32,408 nt of DNA from Candidatus Micrarchaeales archaeon (GTDB lineage Archaea > Micrarchaeota > Micrarchaeia > Micrarchaeales > CABMGC01). The stretch spans positions 1 through 32,408 of the forward strand of contig JBEKPX010000002.1 in the NCBI GenBank assembly GCA_049520335.1, read 5' to 3'. A program made the translations under genes and the position numbers. Below are positions 14,218-23,623 of the stretch, piece by piece (the first letter of the stretch is position 1; every line of letters starts with the position of its first letter). The notes beneath the pieces were generated by a model. It did not search any database and was not told where the DNA came from. It saw only the letters and a program-made list of their open reading frames with translations.

Positions 14218-14607
14218 GTGCTGATGCCGGACATACTAGCAGAAAGCTTGAACAAGATAAAAACGTACGAGAACTTGGGCAGGGAAGAGTGCACAGTAGC
14301 CTCTACCGCGCTCGTGAGGAGCGTGTTCGCGACTCTGAAGAAGAATGGATACGTCGATGAGATAGAGGAAGTGAGCGAGGGAAAGTTCAAGAGACTGAGG
14401 ATAACACTCTCGAAGAAGATAAACAGCATAGGCGTCGTGAGGCCTAGGCATGCGTTAAAAATTGACGATTTCCAGAAGTACGAGAAGAGGTATATTCCCA
14501 GCAGGGATTTTGGCATACTCATAATTTCTACTCCAAAAGGCGTGATGAGCAACAGGGAAGCGAAGGAGAACAGGACAGGCGGAAGATTGCTCGCATACGT
14601 TTACTAG
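14218..14607 (+). CDS. rps8: 30S ribosomal protein uS8
   Basis: 129-aa ORF with LAESLNKIKTYENLG at the N-terminus and TGGRLLAYVY at the C-terminus. In operon order. The start is GTG at 14218 or ATG at 14224. Confidence 0.9.
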   Translation: MLMPDILAESLNKIKTYENLGREECTVASTALVRSVFATLKKNGYVDEIEEVSEGKFKRLRITLSKKINSIGVVRPRHALKIDDFQKYEKRYIPSRDFGILIISTPKGVMSNREAKENRTGGRLLAYVY

Positions 14608-15146
14608 TGGTGCTTATGCAAGAGATAAAGATTCCGAGCGGAGTGAAGTTTTCAATATCGCAGGACGGAAGGGAGGTGAGCATCAGCGGAAAGCTCGGGT
14701 CGACCAAGAAGATGGTAAACAGGACGCTTCTCAGCGTCAAGCTTGACGCAGACAAGATAGTGATAGAAGAGACTAAGAACAAGAAACTGGCAAAGAAGTC
14801 CGCTCTGGCGGCACAGGCGCTGGGTTCGGAGCTGAAGAGCGCTGCTGACGGTGTGGAGAAGGGTGTGGAGAAGAGGATGAAGATACTGTATGCGCACTTT
14901 CCGATGTCTATAGAGATAAAGGACAATACATTTTTCGCCAAGAATGTTTTTGGAGAGAAGAAGCCTAGAATAGCTAAGATAGTCGGTGCAACAAAAGTTG
15001 AGGTGAAGGGGCAGGATGTTCTGGTAAAGGGCGTGGACCCGTATGACGTAGGTCAGACTGCCGCTAACATAAACAAATTATCTTTCGTCAGGAAAAAGGA
15101 CACGAGAGTGTTCCAGGACGGAATATACTACGTCGAGGAAGAGTGA
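14607..15146 (+). CDS. rpl6: 50S ribosomal protein uL6
   Basis: 179-aa ORF. IKIPSGVKFS ... VSISGKLG fits the uL6 N-terminus. The more likely start is the ATG at 14616 (MQEIKIP). Confidence 0.9.
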   Translation: MVLMQEIKIPSGVKFSISQDGREVSISGKLGSTKKMVNRTLLSVKLDADKIVIEETKNKKLAKKSALAAQALGSELKSAADGVEKGVEKRMKILYAHFPMSIEIKDNTFFAKNVFGEKKPRIAKIVGATKVEVKGQDVLVKGVDPYDVGQTAANINKLSFVRKKDTRVFQDGIYYVEEE

Positions 15147-15150
15147 TATC

Positions 15151-15510
15151 ATGCTAAACAGGAAGAGCCATCCAAAGTTCAGAGTGCCTAACTACAGGGC
15201 GAAGAGCAGGAAGGGGGTAAAGGAAAGATGGAGGGCGCAGAGAGGAATAGACAACAAGAAAAGGGTAGCGAAGAGCGGATATGGCGCAAGCCCTTGTATA
15301 GGCTACAAGAACCCCCCTAATATCAGGTTCACAAGGAGCGACGGTACACGGGAGATTCTGGTGCACAACGAACGGGAGATGTTCAATATGCCGAAGGATG
15401 AGATGTATATAGCCATCTTCGCGCACGATCTTTCGGTGAAGAAGAGGGCACTGCTGCAGAAGATAGCCGATGCTAACAGGATAAAGGTGGCGAACAGGTT
15501 GAAAAAATGA
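15151..15510 (+). CDS. rpl32e: 50S ribosomal protein eL32
   Basis: 119-aa basic ORF. KFRVPNYRAKSRKGVKERWRAQRGIDNKKR fits eL32. It lies between rpl6 and rpl19e as in archaeal operons. Confidence 0.88.
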   Translation: MLNRKSHPKFRVPNYRAKSRKGVKERWRAQRGIDNKKRVAKSGYGASPCIGYKNPPNIRFTRSDGTREILVHNEREMFNMPKDEMYIAIFAHDLSVKKRALLQKIADANRIKVANRLKK

Positions 15511-15986
15511 GCATAAAATTCGCAAAGAGGGTCGCAAGCGAGGTTCTTGACAGGGGCGAAAACTCGCTCAGGATGAGGCCTGAATCAATTGAAGAGATAA
15601 AGAAGGCGATAACAAGGGATGATGTAAGAAAACTCATAAAAGAGGGAGCGATAATCGCGATAAAGCCGAAGCACGAATTGCACAAAAAGCACATGGAAGA
15701 GAAAAGAAAGAGGGGCGCAGGCAAGAGGAAGGGCAGCTCCAAGGCAAGGAAGGGAAGAACCTGGGAGAAGAAAGTAAGATCCCAGAGGCTGCTGCTCCAG
15801 AGGCTAAAGGCAACGGGCAAGATTGATAACCTCTTCTTCAAGAGATATTACTTGCTCATCAAGGGCAATGCTTTCCCTGACAAGAGGTCGCTGCTTCTGC
15901 ACCTCAGCGATGAGGGAATAAAGATTAGCGACGAGGAGATTAAGCAGATCAATGAGTACGCAAAGGCAAGATGGGTGAGCAAATGA
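15507..15986 (+). CDS. rpl19e: 50S ribosomal protein eL19
   Basis: 159-aa ORF with a Lys/Arg-rich middle (KRKRGAGKRKGSSKARKGRTWEKKVRSQR). Its ATGA overlaps the rpl32e stop. In operon order. Confidence 0.88.
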   Translation: MSIKFAKRVASEVLDRGENSLRMRPESIEEIKKAITRDDVRKLIKEGAIIAIKPKHELHKKHMEEKRKRGAGKRKGSSKARKGRTWEKKVRSQRLLLQRLKATGKIDNLFFKRYYLLIKGNAFPDKRSLLLHLSDEGIKISDEEIKQINEYAKARWVSK

Positions 15987-16555
15987 GAGGAAAGATGGTT
16001 AGGGAACTGAAGTTCAGGAGAAGGAGGGAAGGGCTCACCAACTACAAGAAGAGGCTAGCACTGGTAAAGAGCGGGCTCGAGAGAATAATCGTTAGGAAGA
16101 CGAACAAGAGGATAATGGGGCAGGTGGTAGAGTATAGCGAAAAAGGCGACAGGATAGTAGCCGCCGCAGACTCGAACGAGCTGAGCAAGAAGTACAACTG
16201 GCCCAGCAGAAGAAACAGGCCTACTGCCTATCTTACCGGTCTGCTATTGGCAAGAAAGGCAAAAGACAGGGGAGAGATGATACTGGACATAGGAATAACC
16301 GCACCCGTAAAAGGCTCGATACCGTTCGTGTTCGCGAAGGGCTGCATTGACGGAGGAATCAAACTCAGGGGAAAGTTCGAGGTTAGTGAGGACTCATACA
16401 CTCCAATGCGCATAGCGAAGTATGCTGAGAGCCTGAAGAAGGACCAGGCAGCGCTGAAGAGACAGTTCGGAGGCTACATCGAGAAGGGCGTGGAAGTAGA
16501 GTCCCTGCCGAAGCTATTTAATGAAGTCAAGGCAAAGATATTGCAAGGTAGTTGA
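15971..16555 (+). CDS. rpl18: 50S ribosomal protein uL18
   Basis: ORF with KFRRRREGLTNYKKRLALV, the uL18 N-terminal signature. The likely true start is the ATG at 15983, which forms an ATGA overlap with the rpl19e stop. Confidence 0.9.
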   Translation: MGEQMRGKMVRELKFRRRREGLTNYKKRLALVKSGLERIIVRKTNKRIMGQVVEYSEKGDRIVAAADSNELSKKYNWPSRRNRPTAYLTGLLLARKAKDRGEMILDIGITAPVKGSIPFVFAKGCIDGGIKLRGKFEVSEDSYTPMRIAKYAESLKKDQAALKRQFGGYIEKGVEVESLPKLFNEVKAKILQGS

Positions 16556-17228
16556 TCAAGTGTTCCAAAGATACAATAGATATCCAAGAAGGGAGGAGGA
16601 GAAGAAGGTATTCAACATAGCCTCATGGACTCCTAGGACCAAACTTGGGGTGATGGTGAAGGAAGGCAGGATAACGAGCATAGAGCAGATCTTCAAAATG
16701 GGCAAGACGATAAAAGAGGTGGAGATAGTCGATGCGCTGCTTCCTGGGCTTGAGAGCAAGACAGTAGAGACAGCAAGCGTCCAGAGGATGACGAAGGATG
16801 CAAGGAAGCAGAAATACAGGACGACAGTGATAATCGGGGACAAGAAGGGTCACGTCGGCATAGGCGTAGGCAAAGCAACCGAGGTGAAGCCGGCGATAGA
16901 TGAGGCTGTGAAGGATGCTAAGTTGCACATAATATGCATAGCCTTGGGCTGCGGCTCCTGGGAATGCAGCTGCGGGACCGCGCATTCGCTCCCGATAATG
17001 CTCAGGTCAAAGGTTGGGACTGCAGAGATCATACTTAAGCCGGCTCCAAGAGGGGTTGGCATAGTCGCTGGGAGCACAGCAAGGTCTGTGCTGGAGCTAG
17101 CGGGGATAAAAGACGTCTGGACATTCGCAAGAGGCAGGACGAGGGACATCTATAACATGAGCCTTGCCACTTACAGGGCACTGGAGAGCCTCTCGAAGAT
17201 AAAGAACTCCGAAAAGATAAAGGCCTGA
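16521..17228 (+). CDS. rps5: 30S ribosomal protein uS5
   Basis: ORF with GHVGIGVGKATEVKPAIDEAVKDAK and AGIKDVWTFARG, which are uS5 signatures. The first 12-13 codons overlap rpl18, so the GTG at 16560 is a plausible alternative start. Confidence 0.9.
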   Translation: MKSRQRYCKVVDQVFQRYNRYPRREEEKKVFNIASWTPRTKLGVMVKEGRITSIEQIFKMGKTIKEVEIVDALLPGLESKTVETASVQRMTKDARKQKYRTTVIIGDKKGHVGIGVGKATEVKPAIDEAVKDAKLHIICIALGCGSWECSCGTAHSLPIMLRSKVGTAEIILKPAPRGVGIVAGSTARSVLELAGIKDVWTFARGRTRDIYNMSLATYRALESLSKIKNSEKIKA

Positions 17229-17257
17229 TTCTGCTGCTGCTAAGGATTAGGCATTAG

Positions 17258-17267
17258 AAATATATAC
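17258..17267 (+). promoter_or_regulatory. TATA-box-like element upstream of 5S rRNA
   Basis: AAATATATAC centred about 27 nt upstream of the predicted 5S 5' end at 17290. Confidence 0.4.
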
Positions 17268-17289
17268 GTTTAGCTTACAAATATACTAT

Positions 17290-17406
17290 TGTCAAACGGC
17301 CATAGGAGCGGTGAAACACCCGATCCCATTCCGAACTCGGAAGTTAAGACTGCTCACGATGCGAAATACTGCCCCACAGGGTGGGAAAGCGCGTTGCTGT
17401 TTGGCA
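17290..17406 (+). rRNA. rrf: 5S ribosomal RNA
   Basis: TGTCAAACGGCCATAGGAGCGGTGAAACACCCGATCCCATTCCGAACTCGGAAGTTAAGACTGCTCACGATGCG...GCTGTTTGGCA. It contains the universal CCGAAC..GAAGTTAAG loop C/helix III motif. The 5' TGTCAAAC pairs with the 3' GTTTGGCA (helix I, one G-U pair). Length is about 117 nt. Confidence 0.9.
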
Positions 17407-17449
17407 TTTATAATACATCAGCGCCAACACTGCCCGAAAATCAGACGGC

Positions 17450-18478
17450 TTACTTTTTCCTTACGTACATCTCTTCAATCGCATTCATGAATATGGGAGT
17501 GTACTCGTTCTGCGGAAGTAGGTTCTTGTACTTCTCTATCGACTCTTTTGCCATGTTTCCGTACTTCTCCACCTGTTGTCTCGCATATCCAAGACTGTCA
17601 TATTTGTTTACCAGTTCCACGATGAAGTCGATCTCTTCCTTGGTCTTGTCCTGCCTTTTCTTCCTATAGATGTCATCCATCCTCTTCTTCTCATCAGTTG
17701 TCGCGTTCTTGTACGCATGAAGCACCATTGGCGTCAGTTTACCTTCGTACAGGTCGCCGAAATTCTTTTTTCCGAACACCTTCTCATCAGCTGTCATGTC
17801 AAGTATGTCGTCAACTATTTGGAATGCTATGCCTGTGTTAGTGCCTATTTCCTTCAGCGCATTCAGCACGCTATCGGGCTGGTTTGCAGCCATCGCTCCT
17901 ATCTGCAAAGGGCCAAAGATAGTGTAGTAGCAGGTTTTGCTGTCTACAATCCTGAGATAAAGTCTTTCATCAGCCTTTGAGAGGTCTTTTGTGTAGTGTA
18001 TAAACGTGTTCTCAACATGCTGGCCCTCAGCAGTATATTCAATCATGTCATAGAATTTCTCATACACTTTATTCCCCCTGGTGTTGCCAACCTGCAGGAT
18101 GTAATCCTTAAGCATTCGCCACATCGCCATGTTACCTATATTCGATGCATTCATTGCATGGACCCATCCATATATTCTCTGCGCAGCAGGCTTGCCCCTT
18201 CGGAGTTCGGAATCATCCTCAACATCATCCTGCATCAGTATCCAGTCTTCTGATATTTGCATCGCAGCCGCTGGCAAAGTAAGTTCTTCGATCTTAGCTC
18301 CAAAAAGTTGGCCGGTGATCATCAACAGTCCAGGTCTTCTATACTTGCCCTGTCTGTCTATGTAATCTCTCATTATTGCATGAGTGTGATAACCTCCATT
18401 CTCCTGGTAAGGAACATATTTCACTATAGTGGAATAGATTAAGTTCCTATTACTCTCAACATATTCGCCAAAGTTCAT
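17450..18478 (-). CDS. idsA: Polyprenyl (geranylgeranyl) diphosphate synthase
   Basis: 342-aa ORF. The first Asp-rich motif is LMQDDVEDDSELRRGKP and the second is FQIVDDILD. Both are trans-isoprenyl diphosphate synthase signatures. Confidence 0.88.
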   Translation of the reverse strand: MNFGEYVESNRNLIYSTIVKYVPYQENGGYHTHAIMRDYIDRQGKYRRPGLLMITGQLFGAKIEELTLPAAAMQISEDWILMQDDVEDDSELRRGKPAAQRIYGWVHAMNASNIGNMAMWRMLKDYILQVGNTRGNKVYEKFYDMIEYTAEGQHVENTFIHYTKDLSKADERLYLRIVDSKTCYYTIFGPLQIGAMAANQPDSVLNALKEIGTNTGIAFQIVDDILDMTADEKVFGKKNFGDLYEGKLTPMVLHAYKNATTDEKKRMDDIYRKKRQDKTKEEIDFIVELVNKYDSLGYARQQVEKYGNMAKESIEKYKNLLPQNEYTPIFMNAIEEMYVRKK

Positions 18479-18601
18479 AGAATCCCGATAACTATGCTTT
18501 TGTCCAATATTTAAATGATTTGATAGCTTCGTTGATTGCAGAATATAGGAATCAGTAAATCACAAGCCACGTTCACTTCAGAATCAGCGTGGAGTTCTCA
18601 T

Positions 18602-19075
18602 TCATATCTTTATCTCTCCGCTTTTGATCTTCGCTATCGCTTCCATTGCTGACATTCCCTCCACCGTTATGTTCATGCTCTTGCACGTTCCGAGAACCTG
18701 CTTCACCCTGTCAGCCAGCGATTTTCCGTAGATGGAAGCCTCCTTCATCTTTGCGACCTTCTTCGCTTGCTCAATAGTTATGTTGCCAGCTACATCGTCC
18801 TTAGTCTTGGCCCCCTTCTGTATTCCCAATTCCTTAAGTATCAGAGCGCTTGTCGGAGGCGAGCCTATCTCCACCCTGTAGTTCTTCGTCGCCGAATCTA
18901 CGATTATCTTCACAGGAACCTTTATGCCCTCGTAGGATTTCGTCTGCGCGTTTATGTCGCTTATTATCTTCGCTACGTTGACCCCTAAAGGTCCAAGCGC
19001 AGGCCCAAAAGGCGGACCGCTTGTCGCCTTACCCCCTTCTACCAGTCCATTTATCGTGACTTCTCCCATATTCAC
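18602..19075 (-). CDS. rpl11: 50S ribosomal protein uL11
   Basis: 157-aa ORF. GGKATSGPPFGPALGPLGVNV is the uL11 signature. Its start overlaps the spt5 stop. Confidence 0.92.
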   Translation of the reverse strand: MNMGEVTINGLVEGGKATSGPPFGPALGPLGVNVAKIISDINAQTKSYEGIKVPVKIIVDSATKNYRVEIGSPPTSALILKELGIQKGAKTKDDVAGNITIEQAKKVAKMKEASIYGKSLADRVKQVLGTCKSMNITVEGMSAMEAIAKIKSGEIKI

Positions 19076-19518
19076 ACCTTCTCTGCTTTCTGTATGACCC
19101 TTGCTATGCCTGCCTTTGTTGTTACAGGTATGGGCACAGCGACGTCCATGAGCTCAACCGTAATCTCCTCTTTTGTCGGCTCAACCTTTATTACTTTGGC
19201 TTTGTAGCCCTTGAACGGGCCACTCATGAACTCTATCGTGTCATTCACACCGATTTCCTGTGCTACTTTCTTGACTTCCAGCATCTTGTTAAGGTCTGTT
19301 TCATTGAGGGGTTTTGAAAGTATGCCCTTCACATGCGGCTCGTCAAGTATCAGCTCCCTCGCCGCATTCTCGTCCTGCGCTTCGAGGATCAGGTAGCCTC
19401 TCATCCCTTCTGATAGTATTATTGAATATACGGGTATTGTTGTTTTCTCTATTTTATTCTGCAGTATGTCAGCGGTTATCCTTTCCTGACTTGATGTAAC
19501 CCTCACTATGAAGTACAC
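19072..19518 (-). CDS. spt5: Transcription elongation factor Spt5 (NusG homologue)
   Basis: 148-aa ORF with an NGN-like N-terminal domain (FIVRVTSSQE...GYLILEA) and a KOW motif (GPFKGYKAKVIKV). It is immediately upstream of rpl11, as in archaea generally. Confidence 0.88.
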   Translation of the reverse strand: MYFIVRVTSSQERITADILQNKIEKTTIPVYSIILSEGMRGYLILEAQDENAARELILDEPHVKGILSKPLNETDLNKMLEVKKVAQEIGVNDTIEFMSGPFKGYKAKVIKVEPTKEEITVELMDVAVPIPVTTKAGIARVIQKAEKV

Positions 19519-19578
19519 TCATTCACCTCGTTCCCATCTCTTTTTATGCTTAAACAATGAAACACCAATGATGTCACC

Positions 19579-20577
19579 ATGCTCGGAGCCAGAGTCGAAA
19601 AACGCAAAGCTGAAGACCTAAAAAAATTCTTGAAGAAGAATGGAAAGCTGAACAGTAATTATGGAGTATTCGGAAGTAACTTATTTATATACTTTCCTCT
19701 GAACGGCGAATTAGAGGATAAAATAGAAAAGGCAGCAAGAAGACTAGGAGCGAAAATTGTCGACAAAAAGTTCAAGCGGCTGAAAGGAGGAATAAGAAAC
19801 CGCAAGACCATCAGAGATGCGGCGCACGGATATGACCTGTACGGCAACATAGCTGTGATAGATGCAGCTCCCCGCGCAGCGAAGAAGATGGCCAAGCTGC
19901 TGATGAAATCAAACAAAAACATAAAGACTGTCCTCAGGAAGGGAGGAGCGGTGAGCGGAAGGTACAGAACAAGGAAATTCATCTTCGTCTCTGGAGAGCG
20001 GAACTACATCGCCACATACAGGGAGAACGGCTGCCTATTCAGGTTCGACGTGCGCAAGGTATTCTTCTCTGCAAGACTCGCGTATGAGCGTAAACGCATA
20101 AGCGACCTTGTAAGGGACGGTGAACACGTGATGGTGCTGTTCGCGGGCGTCGGGCCGTATGCGATAGAGATAGCGAAGAGCCACAAGAAATCGAAAGTGA
20201 TTGCAATAGAGCTGAACGGTTCGGCATGCAAGAACATGCGTGATAACATAACGCTGAACAAGGTAAAGAACGTCGTCTGTGAGGAAGGCGACGTGAACAA
20301 GTTTGGCGATAAGTACAAGGGGTTTGCCGATAGAATAGTGATGCCGCTCCCAAAAGACTCCTCAAGCTTCCTTCCCATCGCCCTGAAGATGTCCAAGAAG
20401 GGATGTGTAATCCATTATTACCATTTCTGCCGTGCAGACAAGGTAGAAGACACTGCAGATTCGGTAAAACTATTCTTCAGGAAAAGAGGGGTTGGCGCCA
20501 CGCTGATCAACCAGAGAGTGGTGAGGCCGTACTCCTCCAAAGAAATAGAGATAGTCCTGGACATGCGCGTGCGTTGA
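19579..20577 (+). CDS. trm5: tRNA (guanine37-N1)-methyltransferase Trm5 / Met-10+ family
   Basis: 332-aa ORF. YDLYGNIAVI, FRFDVRKVFFSARLAYERKRI, the SAM motif VMVLFAGVGPYAIEIA, ELNGSA and RIVMPLP match Trm5/Taw22 (PF02475-like). Confidence 0.85.
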   Translation: MLGARVEKRKAEDLKKFLKKNGKLNSNYGVFGSNLFIYFPLNGELEDKIEKAARRLGAKIVDKKFKRLKGGIRNRKTIRDAAHGYDLYGNIAVIDAAPRAAKKMAKLLMKSNKNIKTVLRKGGAVSGRYRTRKFIFVSGERNYIATYRENGCLFRFDVRKVFFSARLAYERKRISDLVRDGEHVMVLFAGVGPYAIEIAKSHKKSKVIAIELNGSACKNMRDNITLNKVKNVVCEEGDVNKFGDKYKGFADRIVMPLPKDSSSFLPIALKMSKKGCVIHYYHFCRADKVEDTADSVKLFFRKRGVGATLINQRVVRPYSSKEIEIVLDMRVR

Positions 20578-20606
20578 AAAGACTATAAACTTATACATCA
20601 AAGGAG

Positions 20607-21542
20607 ATGAATATGAGATTGCAATCAGCAATAGAGTTTCTCACCACATACTCCTGGGCATTTTTGATATTATCCCTCATATTCGCCACAGTGTTCGTGC
20701 TCATACTATCGCCTTCCCAAGGGACTACAACATATGCTCCAGAATCCTGCTATCTGACGCCCTCTCTCCCATGCTATCAGGCAGCTATGCTCACCAATTC
20801 GATGGCAACAACCTTCATTGTCATCATACAAAATAACCTAGGTGTAGGTCTCTTCTTTCCAGTGAATTCACTCTCAGTCTCTCCTGGGTACTTACAGGCT
20901 ACTAGCTATGGAGGAAATTGCCTTCCGCAGAATGCAATTGTCGGTTCAACGATAATCTGCAATGCCACATTTACTGGTTTTGGGACATCCGCCGGTTCTC
21001 AGCTGAACCCGAAATTCACAATAAGCTATGAAATCTGCAATCCCATATGCACTCCGGTAGTCTACAACACCACAGGCAATGCTGTCACAGTCCTCTCCCC
21101 TTACAGATCTGTGATTTTTGGGATTACGCTTCTCACAAACCCAACCAACGGTCAGATAGCGATTGGAGGTGTACCCTACAGCAACGGGGCAAATTTACCA
21201 TTCATCTCTGGTGTGAGCTATCCAATATATGCAATCCCTCCAAACAGCGCATTCTCCTTCACTGGCTGGACGATCAGCAGCAACATTGTTCTATCGACAA
21301 GTTTGCTGTCGCAGAATACAATTGCGACAGCCAATGGCATCGGTTCAATTTCAGCTTCCTTCACGACCTCGACATCTTCAACATCATCATCATCAACATC
21401 AACGACATCCACATCTGTAACAACAACGATGGTCATATGCCCTAATGGAACTACCCGGTGCTCTTGGCAGTGCTGTCTGTGCCCTGATGGAATCACATGG
21501 ATGTGTGAGTCTTATTCCGGATCCTGTCCGTGCCCTATCTGA
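20607..21542 (+). CDS. Type IV pilin-like (class III signal peptide) surface protein with Ser/Thr tract and Cys-rich C-terminal tail
   Basis: 311-aa ORF preceded by AGGAG. The N-terminus is MRLQSAIEFLTTYSWAFLILSLIF. A 22-residue pure Ser/Thr/Val tract (TTSTSSTSSSSTSTTSTSVTTT) is encoded at about 21363-21428. The last 36 aa (21432-21539) hold 8 Cys. Confidence 0.75.
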   Translation: MNMRLQSAIEFLTTYSWAFLILSLIFATVFVLILSPSQGTTTYAPESCYLTPSLPCYQAAMLTNSMATTFIVIIQNNLGVGLFFPVNSLSVSPGYLQATSYGGNCLPQNAIVGSTIICNATFTGFGTSAGSQLNPKFTISYEICNPICTPVVYNTTGNAVTVLSPYRSVIFGITLLTNPTNGQIAIGGVPYSNGANLPFISGVSYPIYAIPPNSAFSFTGWTISSNIVLSTSLLSQNTIATANGIGSISASFTTSTSSTSSSSTSTTSTSVTTTMVICPNGTTRCSWQCCLCPDGITWMCESYSGSCPCPI

Positions 21543-21744
21543 TCATCTACTTCTTCAACAAACAACGATGTTGCATACCTAGAAACAAACTAAAGAAACT
21601 TTATCCATCCATAATTTCTGGACAATGCCGAGTTATCTCCGTTCTCCACAAACCTCTGATCTATTCTTCCTGATATTCTTCTTTTTCTAGAAGTGCAGTA
21701 AATCAAGAACCAAAACTCAGAAGTAATTTAAGTCTTTAATACGA

Positions 21745-23565
21745 ATGAAGGATATGAACTTTCGCTCAGTTCTACTCTCTATAGCAATCATAAGCCTCTG
21801 CTTAGCATATTTCCTTTTCACTAACCAGCAATATTTCTCAGTAATATCTATGGTCTCCATCTTTGTGCTTGCTCTACTTGCCGCATTTATTTTTCTGAAA
21901 GCAGACGAAATCTCTTCACGTCCCGACAAGAATACCTATCTGATTGTCTCAGTCGCAATCCTGATCATCATTACCCTGTACGAAGTCTTGTTTATGCACC
22001 CCACTGGAGCCGAAGAGTCATTCACGCTAAATGTTGTATTTCTCGTCTCGATAGCAACTTTAATATCATTAGGCGGAATATACCTTACTGCAGAAGTATT
22101 CAAGCGTCCAAGTAAAAAAGGAAACTTGCTTATCCTGATAGTTATCATATGCCTGTTACTAACATCATCCCTTTCATTCCTCTCCATGTACGGTTTCAAT
22201 CCAACTAACTGGAGTGGTGTCGATGAAGTGGCGTATAATTACTATGCAGCATATCTCTTCGACCACGGATCAAATCCATATGTCTCGAGCATGGAGCCCA
22301 TACTCAATCAACGTCACATATTTCCGACACTGCAGCTTGATGGAAATTATGAGTATGCGTATGAGTATCCTGCATTCTCCTTCCTCGTCTTCTTCTTCAT
22401 GCCGCTGCTCAACATAACCTCCTTCTATACGTTTATCGTGCTTGTGACAGTGTTCAGCGTGTTCATCTCCTACTTCCTATACTATAAATCGGGCTTCAAT
22501 GCGTCGCTTCTTCTGCCGCTTGGGGTCTGGCTATTCTTTTCCTTCATACTTGTTGGCACTACAACCCATTATCTTGCCATAGCGGTATTTGTCCTTCTCG
22601 CATACCTAGAGAGGAAGAACGCGCTCCTGAGCGGTGTACTTCTTGGACTTGCGGCATCGACAATACAGCTCGCATGGTTCTTCATTCCATTCTTCTATGT
22701 CCTAGAGCTGCGTGAGTTCGGAAAGAAGCCCTTCTATAATCAGGTAGTATCTTCAATCTTGATCTTTGTCCTAGTAAACGCCTACTTCGTCGCGCTTTCT
22801 CCGCATCAGACAATATCAAACATCTTCGGACTGCTGGGGCTCAACAAACTTCCTCCATACGGCACGAACTTCATGCAGTTCAGCTATGCCTTCTACCCCC
22901 TCTCATACTGGTACTCGACCTTCATGTCAATAACAGTTTTCATGACGCTTCTCATCCTGTTCTACTTCTATACAAAAACGCTGCTCCCCTTCATAGCAGT
23001 TGTGCCTGCAATGATATTCTTTCTATCATGGAGGAACATAAGCATCTATGACCTGCCTGCAATCCCGCTCATCTTCGCCGTATACTACTGCAGCAGCAAT
23101 TCGAAGGATCTTATAGAGAAGAAAAGCTACATAGTCTACGCATTCGCTGCCTTAGTGTTGATCGGAGTAGTAGTTGCAATATACTCGCATGCCGCATATG
23201 TGGAAAACCAAGGTATACGCATAAATAGCATAATTCCCATACTCTACATCTCAAATGCGACTGGGGGAAACATGTACCGCCTTGGAGGGTTTGTAGCAAA
23301 CGTCTCGAACAATGAGCCGGTGGCAGAGAATGTCTCATTCTATATGACGAGCAGAAGCCCTAACAATGAAGCATATACGCCAGGCTCGATGCTGCCCGTG
23401 CTTGCTCCTGGTTCATCGAGAAACTACACCATAAACTTCCAACTCGGCCTGGTAAACAACAGCACCAGGCTTTTCGTGATGGTTTTCACCAGGGACTACA
23501 TCACAAGCACGACGCTGAACATAACAATAAGGGCACCTCCAAAAGCCACACAGCCATTGAAATAA
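21745..23565 (+). CDS. Polytopic membrane protein, GT-C-type glycosyltransferase-like (DUF2029/GT87-like signature), paralogue 1
   Basis: 606-aa ORF with more than 12 TM helices. The first large loop has VDEVAYNYYAAYLFDHGSNPY ... YEYPAFSFLVFF. This is like the D-x-x-x-Y...G-x-x-P-Y...Y-P-(P/A) pattern of GT-C mannosyltransferase-like DUF2029 proteins. The C-terminal ~100-aa soluble domain is rich in sequons. Confidence 0.55.
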   Translation: MKDMNFRSVLLSIAIISLCLAYFLFTNQQYFSVISMVSIFVLALLAAFIFLKADEISSRPDKNTYLIVSVAILIIITLYEVLFMHPTGAEESFTLNVVFLVSIATLISLGGIYLTAEVFKRPSKKGNLLILIVIICLLLTSSLSFLSMYGFNPTNWSGVDEVAYNYYAAYLFDHGSNPYVSSMEPILNQRHIFPTLQLDGNYEYAYEYPAFSFLVFFFMPLLNITSFYTFIVLVTVFSVFISYFLYYKSGFNASLLLPLGVWLFFSFILVGTTTHYLAIAVFVLLAYLERKNALLSGVLLGLAASTIQLAWFFIPFFYVLELREFGKKPFYNQVVSSILIFVLVNAYFVALSPHQTISNIFGLLGLNKLPPYGTNFMQFSYAFYPLSYWYSTFMSITVFMTLLILFYFYTKTLLPFIAVVPAMIFFLSWRNISIYDLPAIPLIFAVYYCSSNSKDLIEKKSYIVYAFAALVLIGVVVAIYSHAAYVENQGIRINSIIPILYISNATGGNMYRLGGFVANVSNNEPVAENVSFYMTSRSPNNEAYTPGSMLPVLAPGSSRNYTINFQLGLVNNSTRLFVMVFTRDYITSTTLNITIRAPPKATQPLK

Positions 23566-23623
23566 ACCCAGCACAGAAAGTCCACATTGAAATGTTTATT
23601 ATTGTTTACGATGGTTTATCCTT

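Noticed and set aside
17289-17669. 126-aa + strand ORF from the track.
   Set aside because: Its 5' part is the 5S rRNA gene and the rest is antisense to the well-supported GGPP synthase gene. It has no protein-like features and is spurious.
21363-21428. TCA/ACA/TCT-rich low-complexity DNA that looks like a microsatellite.
   Set aside because: It is an in-frame, imperfect run of Ser/Thr codons inside the pilin-like ORF (a protein linker). It is not a tandem DNA repeat with a fixed unit. It is treated as part of the coding-sequence finding.
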